From positions 186,001-250,000 of IMG/VR virus record IMGVR_UViG_3300029267_004162: a stretch of DNA of 64,000 bases; one strand, 5' to 3'. Of this stretch, positions 19,298-29,422 are shown piece by piece. The notes beneath the pieces are model-generated. The model was not told the DNA's origin. It did not search any database and saw only the letters and a program-made list of their open reading frames with translations. Made by a program: the position numbers and the translations under genes. Each line of letters starts with the position of its first letter. The stretch's first letter is position 1.

Positions 19298-19807
19298 CTA
19301 TTTACCTGCACGAATTGATGACCCAATGACCCTAAGATTCTCTTGTTGAACTTGAACTGCTTGTCTACTAGAAGTGAGGTCTTTTGATATCCTCTCGATC
19401 ATTTCATACACCCCCCGCATTCTTTCCAAGAGAGTAAGGGGTTCTTTTAAAATACCCCACAAAGCGGCTTCTCTCGTTTCATTGTTCCGAAACTTAGTAA
19501 ACGCTTCTTTGTCATAGATGTATGTTTTGGCGCGTTGGCAAAGAATGTTTATTTCCGTATAAGCGATGGTTAGCCGGGAGTATACCAATCCAAGTCGAGA
19601 CAATCTAGCGGCCCATTCTTGGATGGTTTGGTTGGCCCGGCGAATGGATTTCTTATTGGGGTCTAAAAGAGGAACGTCGATTTGACCATATCTAAGAATT
19701 TCACGTTGAATTTCTTCTATGTCAATTTTCTTAGATACACGTTCAACCCGTCCTATAATATTGGCGATCCGGGGGTCCACTCGAATAGAGTTTAGGGCAT
19801 CTTGCAA
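19298..19807 (-). CDS. helical coiled-coil protein, possibly UvsY-like recombination mediator
   Basis: all-helical 169 aa; resemblance only. Confidence 0.4.
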   Translation of the reverse strand: MQDALNSIRVDPRIANIIGRVERVSKKIDIEEIQREILRYGQIDVPLLDPNKKSIRRANQTIQEWAARLSRLGLVYSRLTIAYTEINILCQRAKTYIYDKEAFTKFRNNETREAALWGILKEPLTLLERMRGVYEMIERISKDLTSSRQAVQVQQENLRVIGSSIRAGK

Positions 19808-19930
19808 GAGGGGCTCCTTATCTGCTGGTTTTATAACGAATGACTGCCTAACCCCATTTTGTCTAGTCTAACTAGTTTCTGTTGGGTTTTTGTTAGGTAA
19901 TAGGGGCTCTCCTTGACTTCTCAGGAGGTC

Positions 19931-19959
19931 TTGACAAACTGGCTGTTCTCTGCTATAGT
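19931..19959 (+). promoter_or_regulatory. sigma70-type promoter
   Basis: TTGACA-N17-TATAGT with TG extension. Confidence 0.7.
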
Positions 19960-19994
19960 AGATAATAGAGAGGGTTGAACCCCCATCTTGCGTA

Positions 19995-20023
19995 TTGACA
20001 AAACAACCCCGCCATGATATAAT
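19995..20023 (+). promoter_or_regulatory. consensus sigma70-type (early) promoter
   Basis: TTGACA-N17-TATAAT with TG extension; AAGGAGGT RBS follows. Confidence 0.85.
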
Positions 20024-20042
20024 GGGAATAAGGAGGTAGGAA

Positions 20043-20402
20043 ATGGCAAAACCGATACGAAAGCGAAAGCAGCCCGCCCCGCGTGGGACATCATCAGAAT
20101 TGTTACACATCTTGACACTCGTAGAAGCGCTGTCTAACACGGATCTTCGTCAATTACCAGAACTGGCGAACGGAGTCGTCAGAGAACAAATGGTCAACCG
20201 CTCTAAGGAATTGACCAGCTTTATACACCGCAAAGTGAAATGTCACTTCGAGGGTCGTAAAGAACTACTCGACGCGGAATTGATAGCGGTGGATTCCGAA
20301 ACCGGGCGAGTGTTGGTGGCGTTTGACGAAGACAAAGCTACTGTTGGTTCTGAAGACGATGTGTACAAGGTTCCTTCCACATGGATAGAAACCGTTTTTT
20401 AA
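20043..20402 (+). CDS. hypothetical early protein
   Basis: strong RBS, first gene after the tandem promoters. Confidence 0.7.
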   Translation: MAKPIRKRKQPAPRGTSSELLHILTLVEALSNTDLRQLPELANGVVREQMVNRSKELTSFIHRKVKCHFEGRKELLDAELIAVDSETGRVLVAFDEDKATVGSEDDVYKVPSTWIETVF

Positions 20403-20415
20403 GGGAGGATTCGAG

Positions 20416-21681
20416 GTGGCAAAGAAAGTTACTATCCAAAGTATTCTTCCATCAATCTCCAAATGGATGCGCCAGGAGTATAACGTCTTGTTTCGGGGAG
20501 ACCATGGGGTAGGCAAGACATCCGTGATACTAGAAGCCGCGAGAGAAGTAGGTTTGCGGCTGAAGTATTACTCCGTTCCCACCATGGACCCCCAAACACA
20601 ATTCATAGGGATACCCTATCCTGAAGAAGTGCCCGAGGAGCAAATTCTGCTCGCCTCCGCCATCAAAGCACTGGAGAAGATCAAAACCAAACACACCTCG
20701 TTCACACATTTGGCCAAGGCGCTGGGCTTAGTGAAAGGCACCCGTCAATTGCGGTTCATTCGTCCCCATGATGTGGACGATGCAGAGATTATCTTCTTTG
20801 ATGAAATCGGGCGTGGTCACCCCCGGATTCTGAACGCCATGTTTGAGTTAATCCAGTTCGGCTCTCTGAATGGGGAGAAACTTCCTAACTTGAAGATGAT
20901 TTGGGCAGCCGGGAACTTTGGTCGAGATTATGACTCGGTTGAATTGGACCCGGCGTTGGAAGATAGGTTTCATATCCAGATTCAACTAGAAGCCAACCCT
21001 GATCGAAAGTGGATGACCGAAGTCGCTGGGATTACCCCAGAAATCTCTCAGGCTTTGGTTGAATGGTGGCGAACGCTTGCCCCTGATGCTAAACGCCTAG
21101 TCTCACCCCGGCGATTGGAATACATAGGTCGGCAGTATATGCAGGGCGTTCCCCCAGATCAAGCTCTTCCGCCAAATAGAGTACCAGTCGCAGCCCTGGA
21201 TGAATTGCTGAAACAGATTTCTATCGTCCCGAGGGTCGTTCAGGCGTTAGCAACTCCAGCGGGATTCGGGGAGTTGCAGGCTGAGTTTCTAGACCAAGTA
21301 AAGGCCATGAAGCTTCGTAACCAAATTGAGGCTATGAAACCTAAGGATCGCAAACCGATTCTGGATGCGCTAGCTGTTTTGCCCAGTGAAGTGCTCTCTG
21401 GGATCATCAGGACTAATTCGGAGATCAAAACAGAGGTAGGAGAAAACATCGCCGATCTGCCTAATCTGCAACAAGCCCTAGACAAAACCGGAGATTTGGC
21501 GGGCATCACTAGTTCCATAACTGCCGATTACTCGGGTTTAATCACTGAGCCTTCCTGGTATTATGTCAGTCCAGGAGAGCGACACGGGGGTAAATTTGGT
21601 TGGAAAAACGGGGACACTGTCGTTCGGGATAAAGAAGAATGGAGGGCGAACAGTGGCTCCGCAATTGCTAAACCAATTTGA
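20416..21681 (+). CDS. MoxR-like AAA+ ATPase
   Basis: GDHGVGKT, FFDEIGR, AAGN, LDPALEDRF, SPRRL. Confidence 0.85.
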   Translation: MAKKVTIQSILPSISKWMRQEYNVLFRGDHGVGKTSVILEAAREVGLRLKYYSVPTMDPQTQFIGIPYPEEVPEEQILLASAIKALEKIKTKHTSFTHLAKALGLVKGTRQLRFIRPHDVDDAEIIFFDEIGRGHPRILNAMFELIQFGSLNGEKLPNLKMIWAAGNFGRDYDSVELDPALEDRFHIQIQLEANPDRKWMTEVAGITPEISQALVEWWRTLAPDAKRLVSPRRLEYIGRQYMQGVPPDQALPPNRVPVAALDELLKQISIVPRVVQALATPAGFGELQAEFLDQVKAMKLRNQIEAMKPKDRKPILDALAVLPSEVLSGIIRTNSEIKTEVGENIADLPNLQQALDKTGDLAGITSSITADYSGLITEPSWYYVSPGERHGGKFGWKNGDTVVRDKEEWRANSGSAIAKPI

Positions 21682-22918
21682 GCTGACCGAGAAATGGAAT
21701 CGCGTAGTCGATATCATTGATTGTTCACACGCACTGGCGTGGTCATCTCACCTCTACCGGATAGGGACTCCTTTGTGGACGACGTTAACCGAGACGGCCG
21801 CAGTGTCTCACAGTCCCAAACAAGGGCTGCAATTCATCTTTAACCCGCAATTCATGTCTGGTCTCACTGATGTTCAGATAGCGTTCGTTGCCCTGCATGA
21901 GGCGTGTCACATTATGTTGGGGCATTGCCACAAGGTAAACTGGATTCGAGACCACCACAGATGGAACATAGCTTGTGATATCGTGATTAACGAAATGCTG
22001 CTTCGCATGCCAACGTTTGGTGACGAGGGCAGGTCGTTGCAATCAGCATCTTTCAGGCCCCAGCTTTTGGCTAATAATGGTCTACCCCCTGGCGATTATA
22101 CCGCCGAGCAGGTGTATGGGCTTCTTGGGGAGACCAATTTATCCAAAAAGAACACGTTGGACGATCACAAGTTCGGGGAAGATTCTGCTGGTGCGATTGG
22201 AGAAGCTATCGACAAACTGTTGGAGGATCCAACTTTTCGCAATCAGGTTGACGAATTTTTGAGGGCCGGTAACACGTCATTGGGAAACGAGTTTCTTGTT
22301 CCTAGCAAGGCGCAGAATCTTGACAAGGAAAAATACCCTGTAGAGCAGTGGTTCAAGGACGCCGTTAGGACAGTAATGGGGGAAAGAACAAACGAGGTGT
22401 GGGGGCCAATGAATCCCAGGATAGCCGCATTTTGGCCGGATACTTATCTACCTGTTGAGGCTGTAAGTTCGGGTCTTAAATACAGACTCCGAGTGTACAT
22501 GGACACCAGTGGATCGATTGTCTCGGCCCGGTACCGGGGTGGGTATGATTTGTTGGAAAGGTTCAGTTTAGTTTTGGAAACTGTCCCCACCAACCACTTC
22601 GAAATGGAAGTATTCACGTTTGACACAGGGTGGAAGGTAGATCGCCCCTCTATGGGGGTTTATCCGCTTACGAAAGACCGTAACGGAAAATTTGTTTTCC
22701 GGGGCGGGGGAGGCACCTGTTTCAAACAATTAGAAAGACACTGCTTGTCTGGACTTCGTTATCCAGATTGCATAATGGTTTTAACAGATGGTATGGGTTC
22801 TCCAGTCGAGGTGAAATACCCAAATCGGTGGGTATGGCTTCTAACCAGAAAACCGTACCTTCAGTTGCCTGGGAAAGTTATTAATTTGCCTGTGCCTAAG
22901 CCGAGGCAGAGGCGATGA
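21563..22918 (+). CDS. DUF2201-type metallopeptidase-like + VWA domain protein
   Basis: LHEACHI (HExxH), WNIACD..IN, DTSGS MIDAS, GGGGT, LTDG; true start probably GTG near 21653. Confidence 0.85.
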   Translation: MSVQESDTGVNLVGKTGTLSFGIKKNGGRTVAPQLLNQFELTEKWNRVVDIIDCSHALAWSSHLYRIGTPLWTTLTETAAVSHSPKQGLQFIFNPQFMSGLTDVQIAFVALHEACHIMLGHCHKVNWIRDHHRWNIACDIVINEMLLRMPTFGDEGRSLQSASFRPQLLANNGLPPGDYTAEQVYGLLGETNLSKKNTLDDHKFGEDSAGAIGEAIDKLLEDPTFRNQVDEFLRAGNTSLGNEFLVPSKAQNLDKEKYPVEQWFKDAVRTVMGERTNEVWGPMNPRIAAFWPDTYLPVEAVSSGLKYRLRVYMDTSGSIVSARYRGGYDLLERFSLVLETVPTNHFEMEVFTFDTGWKVDRPSMGVYPLTKDRNGKFVFRGGGGTCFKQLERHCLSGLRYPDCIMVLTDGMGSPVEVKYPNRWVWLLTRKPYLQLPGKVINLPVPKPRQRR

Positions 22919-22943
22919 TTGTGGTTGGTTCGTTTATTCTTAT

Positions 22944-23615
<672 letters not shown>

Positions 23616-23632
23616 TTACTGGGAGAGGAACT

Positions 23633-23848
23633 ATGAAGGCCGGTACACCCCCAGAACGGGTGGCGGCGGAGGGCATTACTCTTTGTAAGAGTGTTAGGTG
23701 TCCCCTTCGTCAAAAATGTGACAGGTGGTCTGCGGGAGAGTTCCAGGAGCGAGAATGTACTTTCTACGTTCGTGATCCCTGCAATCTTCAGACCGGAAAA
23801 TGTACTTTTTTTCTCGCGCGGGTGTCTCGCAAGGCGGAGGAGGTGTAA
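23633..23848 (+). CDS. small Cys-rich protein
   Basis: ITLC...CPLRQKCDR...C..F; GAGG RBS. Confidence 0.6.
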   Translation: MKAGTPPERVAAEGITLCKSVRCPLRQKCDRWSAGEFQERECTFYVRDPCNLQTGKCTFFLARVSRKAEEV

Positions 23849-23849
23849 A

Positions 23850-24944
23850 TTGCATGTCGCCCTGTCAGTAGCAGAATTGGCTCCTGTACTCCAGGTGTTG
23901 GTTAAATTTTCATCATCACGTCATCAGTTAATTGATATCAAGGCCAATTCAGGCATAACCACTATTGGCTGTGCGGATGGTGATTTTGCTACTTCGTTTC
24001 AGACGGATAAGTCGTTTATCCGCAACGAAGGGCAAGCGGCTGTTTCTTTTGACTCCTTTTACAAGATTATTGGGAGTTTACCCCGGGGTGGCGTGGTGGA
24101 CCTTCACACGTTTGCTGATGTAATGGAGGTCCGGTCGAATGGCGTTGTGTTTACACTCCTTAAAGATGATTGTCCTGGTTCCTTCCCTCCAGAAACGGGC
24201 ACTCACCCTTCTCTTAGGATACAAGGGGCCGTGCTTCGACACATGGTCCAACAGGTCATATACGCCGCCGGTTCCGTGTGTTACCAAGGGCACCCACTTT
24301 GGGGAATACTCTGGCAACAGGAGTCCGAGCAGTTACAACTGGTCGCGACGGACACCAAACGCATAGCTCTGGCTTCTGGTACCCCCGTTGAGGGAAAGAA
24401 GTTGTCGGCTATCGTGCCTAAAAGGATCCTCGAAGTCTTCAGCGATATCGAAGGAGACGAGATCGCGGACGTTTTCTTTTATAAGGCGGGAGTTTCTATT
24501 CGGGTAGGGCCATATGAGTTCTCATCCCGTTTACTCCTGGGAGATTTCCCTGATTGGCAATCCAAGATTCCGGTGGGGAAAGCAAAAACTTATGCTACTT
24601 TTGATCGACTCCCCCTGTTGGAATCGTTGGTGTCTTTTAAGGCGGTGGGAGTAGACAATGGCGTTTTCGATTTTCGGGAAAACGGGACGACCATCGCGGG
24701 TGTTCTTATATCTGGTCCTGTTTCTGACTTCTGCCCTGTTTCTACAGAGACGCCTGTTCACTTAGCGGGTGACGCTGTTGAAATCCTTCTGAACGTCAAA
24801 TATCTTCGGGAGTTTGTTCAAGCCTTGGATGCTCCTAAAGTCGTGATTGGTTTGAGTGGTCCCAACAAGCCTATCACTGTTGGAAGTAATTTGATCGATA
24901 TTATGGGAGTAATTGCTTCCTGCAATGCGGGTGAAGACGAATGA
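23850..24944 (+). CDS. dnaN: DNA polymerase III beta sliding clamp
   Basis: LVATDTKRIA, AIVPK, SRLLLGDFPDW, LNVKYLREF; TTG 23850 after GGAGGAGG. Confidence 0.85.
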   Translation: MHVALSVAELAPVLQVLVKFSSSRHQLIDIKANSGITTIGCADGDFATSFQTDKSFIRNEGQAAVSFDSFYKIIGSLPRGGVVDLHTFADVMEVRSNGVVFTLLKDDCPGSFPPETGTHPSLRIQGAVLRHMVQQVIYAAGSVCYQGHPLWGILWQQESEQLQLVATDTKRIALASGTPVEGKKLSAIVPKRILEVFSDIEGDEIADVFFYKAGVSIRVGPYEFSSRLLLGDFPDWQSKIPVGKAKTYATFDRLPLLESLVSFKAVGVDNGVFDFRENGTTIAGVLISGPVSDFCPVSTETPVHLAGDAVEILLNVKYLREFVQALDAPKVVIGLSGPNKPITVGSNLIDIMGVIASCNAGEDE

Positions 24945-25393
24945 TCATCGCAAAATCGCAATCCATACAGGTCTCTAAGGAAATCCAGCTAGACTACGGT
25001 CACACGCTCCCCAATCACTTCAGTTATTGCAATCAGTTCCACGGCCATAGAGCTAGAGTAGTGGCTCATGTCGAAGGAGAAATCTGTACCAAGCCAGGAG
25101 ACAGCAGTGAAGGCATGGTCATGGATTTCCGCTTCCTTAAACAAGCTCTCATGTCTTTCGTCCACGATAAACTAGATCATGGGTTTGCTATTTGGAAAGA
25201 CGACCCAGATAGGGATTTTATTATACGACGAAATGAACGGTTTATCATTACCGATAAGCCCCCTACCGCAGAGTATCTTGCTCAGTGGGCCTTTGGACAA
25301 TTGAATCCCCACATACCCAAAGGACTAACTCTGGTTTCGGTGGAGTGGTGGGAAACCCCAACTTCCTGTGCAACTTGTACAGCAAGAAATTGA
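24941..25393 (+). CDS. queD: 6-carboxy-5,6,7,8-tetrahydropterin synthase
   Basis: GH.L....C...HGH, GMVMDF, LDHG, PTAE, WETPT. Confidence 0.92.
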   Translation: MIIAKSQSIQVSKEIQLDYGHTLPNHFSYCNQFHGHRARVVAHVEGEICTKPGDSSEGMVMDFRFLKQALMSFVHDKLDHGFAIWKDDPDRDFIIRRNERFIITDKPPTAEYLAQWAFGQLNPHIPKGLTLVSVEWWETPTSCATCTARN

Positions 25394-25444
25394 GGGCTGG
25401 GCTTGGGTTCCCGAGAAAATTGGTGTATGATCGAGGAGTGAAGG

Positions 25445-25831
25445 ATGGCCGAAAAAGACCCCGTTTACTCGCTGAAAAGGGGCACCGGTCTGGACGGTGA
25501 ACGCACTTGGCATGTTTGGATGGACATCGACGGGACTCGATTTCGTTTGGACAGAGAGTTTACATCAAGGGAAGTTGAGACATATTTCGACATAGATGTG
25601 GATTCAAGGGTGACTCAAGAAGGTCATCGCCTTCTCCAGTTAGGTCTTAGCAAATCCGATGTGGCAAAACGTCTTCATTCAGAGGGTTACCCTTCAAAGA
25701 CTTCCACCGGCATTCACGATTTCATTACCCACGGGTATGGGGAGTTGGACTCCCATGGTTTTTGGGAATTCCCGCTTCCGGACGGGGAATTCGTGGGAGG
25801 GTTCGACGATTTTGATGGAGGAGAAAAGTGA
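25445..25831 (+). CDS. hypothetical protein
   Basis: C-terminal GYGELDSHGFWEFPL motif common in small phage proteins. Confidence 0.6.
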   Translation: MAEKDPVYSLKRGTGLDGERTWHVWMDIDGTRFRLDREFTSREVETYFDIDVDSRVTQEGHRLLQLGLSKSDVAKRLHSEGYPSKTSTGIHDFITHGYGELDSHGFWEFPLPDGEFVGGFDDFDGGEK

Positions 25832-26088
25832 TGACAGATCAGGACATGACAAAATGCCAGCGAGCGCTGTTAGCGGGGAAGTGGGTTCATGCTAATGGCG
25901 ATGGTGCGGCGGTTATGCGTCGTATACACCCTGGGAAGACGGATCACCATGAGTTTCAACTGAGTGCATCTTTCGAGAAACGACATTGGACACCCTCAAC
26001 CAGATACACGTTCGGCGATTTCACCGACGACAAATTCACTGTCGTCGAGCCCGGAGAAAAGAATTGCCCTGCTTGTGGGCTGTCGTGA
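25828..26088 (+). CDS. small protein, distant Tad2/DUF2829-like pattern
   Basis: ALLAGKWV...WTPS...DDKFTVVE. Confidence 0.4.
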   Translation: MMTDQDMTKCQRALLAGKWVHANGDGAAVMRRIHPGKTDHHEFQLSASFEKRHWTPSTRYTFGDFTDDKFTVVEPGEKNCPACGLS

Positions 26089-26130
26089 AAGTTGTTTGTG
26101 CGTGGACTATGAAAACGGCGAGGAGAAACA

Positions 26131-26601
26131 ATGATGAAGAAGGGTGCGAAAATCGTCCCAGCAGAAACGGTTGCTATTCTAAGACAGTGGGCGGATAGGA
26201 TACCCCAAAAAAGCGGGAATTACCAAAATGGCCTTGATGATGGTCAGACCTTATTAGCAACTTCAATACTAAAAGTTCTTGAACCCGTAGACAAGCAACC
26301 CCCCAAAGAAGAGCCACCCCCGTTCAGACCTGACCCAGATGAGCCAATCCCCAAGGCGGTGATGCAATCAGCCATTACTGCTTGGAAGGCTTGGATAGCT
26401 GCGGGCGCTCCAAAACACCGGCGTTTCTTTGATCCTCATTACCATCAGGTATTGGAGGTGTCACAAGAACCCGATATACTGTATTTCAGATTTCAAACTC
26501 ATGATAGCCCGGAGGGAGACATATGGTGCCGGGGTCACCTTCGTTTGTTGGGTGATAAGGATTTTGAATATCTGGATCACGTTTGGGAGCAGGATAAGTA
26601 A
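26131..26601 (+). CDS. hypothetical protein
   Basis: GAGGAG RBS, 156 aa. Confidence 0.6.
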   Translation: MMKKGAKIVPAETVAILRQWADRIPQKSGNYQNGLDDGQTLLATSILKVLEPVDKQPPKEEPPPFRPDPDEPIPKAVMQSAITAWKAWIAAGAPKHRRFFDPHYHQVLEVSQEPDILYFRFQTHDSPEGDIWCRGHLRLLGDKDFEYLDHVWEQDK

Positions 26602-26636
26602 GCGGGTTAGGAGAATCACATGCTAGTGAAAGGGCC

Positions 26637-27092
26637 ATGATCGAATTCCGACAAGGAAATCTGTTCAAGTCTAAAGCCGATGTGTTGGTTAACGCGGTTA
26701 ACTGTGTGGGGGTAATGGGGGCCGGGATAGCTCTTCAATTCAAACTTGCATTTCCTTCTATGTTCAAAGCTTATCAGAGGGCGTGTAAGAGTAGCAGTAT
26801 TCTTCCGGGTTCCGTTTGGGTGTGGGATCGCCCTCCAGTTCTATGTGTTGCTACTAAGCACCACTGGCGGGGTGTTTCTCGCATTGAATGGATCGTGTCG
26901 GGGATCAAGGAAATCGTCAACGTGATGGAACAGCACCCTTTGTGGAATTCGATCGCTGTTCCTTTACTGGGCTGTGGGTATGGGGGTCTTGATTGGGCGG
27001 TGGTTAAACCTCATATGGTTGATTTGCTGTCAGGAATAGATGCAGAGGTGTGGATTTACACTGGTAGAAAATCATGGCCAAAATCAAGCTAA
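26637..27092 (+). CDS. macrodomain ADP-ribosylhydrolase (DarG/TARG1-like)
   Basis: GNLF, VNAVNCVGVMGAGIALQFK, TKHHW, SIAVPLLGCGYGGLDW. Confidence 0.9.
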   Translation: MIEFRQGNLFKSKADVLVNAVNCVGVMGAGIALQFKLAFPSMFKAYQRACKSSSILPGSVWVWDRPPVLCVATKHHWRGVSRIEWIVSGIKEIVNVMEQHPLWNSIAVPLLGCGYGGLDWAVVKPHMVDLLSGIDAEVWIYTGRKSWPKSS

Positions 27093-29029
27093 ACAAACAC
27101 CAAGTACAAGCCATCAAACACACCACGGGTCCTTGTCTGGTGGTTGCGGTCCCTGGGAGCGGAAAAACCAGATGTTTGACTTCTCGTGTAGCTAGGCTAA
27201 TTAAACACGGTGAAGATCCGCGGGGGGTCCTTTGTTTGACTTTCACTAACAAAGCCGCTCGTGAAATGATGGAGAGAACCGAACGGCGGTTGTCTAAGCA
27301 ACAAGTCCGGGGGTTGCTCGTCTGTACATTCCACAAGCTGTGTGTCCTGGTCCTATCGAAGTATGGTAAATCCATTGGTCTCTCCTCGAATTTCACCATT
27401 TATGATAAAAAAGACCAGCAGAATGCTATCAAGCGGATTGCCCGGAAGAACGGAATAGAGATTAACGATCCTGGGGCCTCTGTAATTGTGAGAGAAGTAG
27501 ATTATGTTCGGGAGGAAATGCTTCCTTTTAAGGAACTCCATAACCGTCTCGACACACCCGATTTTGCCACAGTGGGGATGACCTACTTGGATTCGCTTCT
27601 TAAACTTGGTTGTGTTGATTTCAGTGGATTGTTGTATTTCGCTTGGCAGTTATTACAAACTAATAGTAGAGTCCGGAAAGCGTTGCAAGAGAAATTCTGC
27701 TTCATCTGTGTCGATGAAAGTCAAGACACCAATCGCATCCAATATGATCTAGTGTGTTCCTTGGGGGAACAGCACAAAAACGTTTACATGATTGGGGATC
27801 CAGATCAAAGTATCTATGGTTGGCGGGGAGCACGCCCGGATAACCTAGACAAGTTTCAGATTCATTTCCCGGATTGCCGGGTGATCACTTTACCTGTGAA
27901 TTATAGGTCAACGGCTGACATACTGGCTAAGTCCGAAGTTCTAATTCATAACAACTCTGGTAGGGCTGGTGTTAAGCTAATTTCTAACAGGGGAGTGGGA
28001 GCCGAAGTTCAATATGCTGAATTCGAAGAGGGGGAGGGCCAGGCTAGAAGTATTGCTGGTACAATTAAACAGATGTTGGGTGCGGGGAAACGGCCCAAAG
28101 ATTTTGCTGTTCTGTACAGAGTAAACCGGTCTTCACGCATAATAGAAACCACTTTACGGCTAGCCGATCTTCCCTATCGGATAACTGGGGGTTTCAGTTT
28201 CTATGACCGCAAAGAAGTCAGAATGGCTCTGAGCTATTTGACTTTATTGGCCAATCCAAAGAATGGGATGGCCTTCGCTGAGGCCATCGCGGTACCTTCT
28301 CGACAGGTTGGCCCAGTGAAAATTGGAAAAGTGGAAAATTTCGCCGAGGCCCACACGGACGGTGATATACTGGCCGCGTGTTTGCGGGCCGATGAGATTC
28401 CTGGTTTAGGGAAGAATCCTGTAACTAATTTGAGGGCCTTTGCCCAGTTGTTGGCGAAACACCAGGAAGCTAAATACGATCTGCGAACCACCATGCACAG
28501 TGTGTTTAAAAAGTCAGGATTCTATGATTATTACGAAGGTCAGGGTGAAGAAGACGGGGTGGACCGTTTTGCCAATGTGGAAGAATTTGTGATTAGTTTA
28601 GACTCGTATGACTCAGCCGATGCTTATTTGAGGGACGCCAAGCTAACTTCTCCTGAGGATAAGGACGACCCAAATGTCATCACTCTCTCCACTATTCACT
28701 CTGCTAAGGGATTGGAGTGGCCCTGCGTGTTTTTGATCGACGTGGAGGAGGGGGTTCTTCCTTCCAGCCGGGCTTTAGCTGAAGGGGATGGGGAGGAAGA
28801 TGATCAAGAAGAACGTCGACTAATGTATGTCGCTATGACTAGGGCTAAGGATTGGTTACACATCAGTTCTCGGGCGACTATTCCTGATGGGAGAAAAAGG
28901 GATTCCGTTAGAGAAGTAGGTCCCAGTAGATTTCTGGGAGAAATTGGTCTGGTAGACATACAAGAACGTGCTCATGAGAGGAAACGCGCCCGCCGTGAAG
29001 AACGCAAATTTAGCACAGGCTGGGAATAA
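27074..29029 (+). CDS. UvrD/PcrA SF1 helicase
   Basis: PGSGKT, TFTNKAA, VDESQD, GDPDQSIYGWRGA, NYRS, TIHSAKGLE, EERRLMYVAMTRA. Confidence 0.95.
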   Translation: MAKIKLNKHQVQAIKHTTGPCLVVAVPGSGKTRCLTSRVARLIKHGEDPRGVLCLTFTNKAAREMMERTERRLSKQQVRGLLVCTFHKLCVLVLSKYGKSIGLSSNFTIYDKKDQQNAIKRIARKNGIEINDPGASVIVREVDYVREEMLPFKELHNRLDTPDFATVGMTYLDSLLKLGCVDFSGLLYFAWQLLQTNSRVRKALQEKFCFICVDESQDTNRIQYDLVCSLGEQHKNVYMIGDPDQSIYGWRGARPDNLDKFQIHFPDCRVITLPVNYRSTADILAKSEVLIHNNSGRAGVKLISNRGVGAEVQYAEFEEGEGQARSIAGTIKQMLGAGKRPKDFAVLYRVNRSSRIIETTLRLADLPYRITGGFSFYDRKEVRMALSYLTLLANPKNGMAFAEAIAVPSRQVGPVKIGKVENFAEAHTDGDILAACLRADEIPGLGKNPVTNLRAFAQLLAKHQEAKYDLRTTMHSVFKKSGFYDYYEGQGEEDGVDRFANVEEFVISLDSYDSADAYLRDAKLTSPEDKDDPNVITLSTIHSAKGLEWPCVFLIDVEEGVLPSSRALAEGDGEEDDQEERRLMYVAMTRAKDWLHISSRATIPDGRKRDSVREVGPSRFLGEIGLVDIQERAHERKRARREERKFSTGWE

Positions 29030-29032
29030 CCT

Positions 29033-29350
29033 ATGTCTCGATCTACACAATACATTGGCCTGACTGCCAAGGCGACCGCCTTTATCACAGCTCTTCCTAA
29101 GTTGGAAGAGAAGAACACCACTCTTGGAATGTTCGACGAAGAAGTTCCCCTAGGAGTATGGCAATCGCCCCTCCTTGGTAAACTTGTTGAGACCCTACAG
29201 GTTTCTCCCTGGAGCGGTGGCCCGCTACTTTTTACTTGCCTGTCTATTAAGTACGATGGGGGAGAAACTTCCATTTTTCAGTGGATAGCAGACCCAACCT
29301 TACAAGATCACCAAGAATTCGATTATGAATCAGGAGCATATTGGGTATGA
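29033..29350 (+). CDS. hypothetical protein
   Basis: 105-aa ORF in operon. Confidence 0.6.
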   Translation: MSRSTQYIGLTAKATAFITALPKLEEKNTTLGMFDEEVPLGVWQSPLLGKLVETLQVSPWSGGPLLFTCLSIKYDGGETSIFQWIADPTLQDHQEFDYESGAYWV

Positions 29351-29422
29351 TGCGTCTTGAGTTTATTGTTAATTTTAAAGTCGAGGTGTAACTTGGGGCT
29401 ATTAAAATCTGGTCCTAAACAG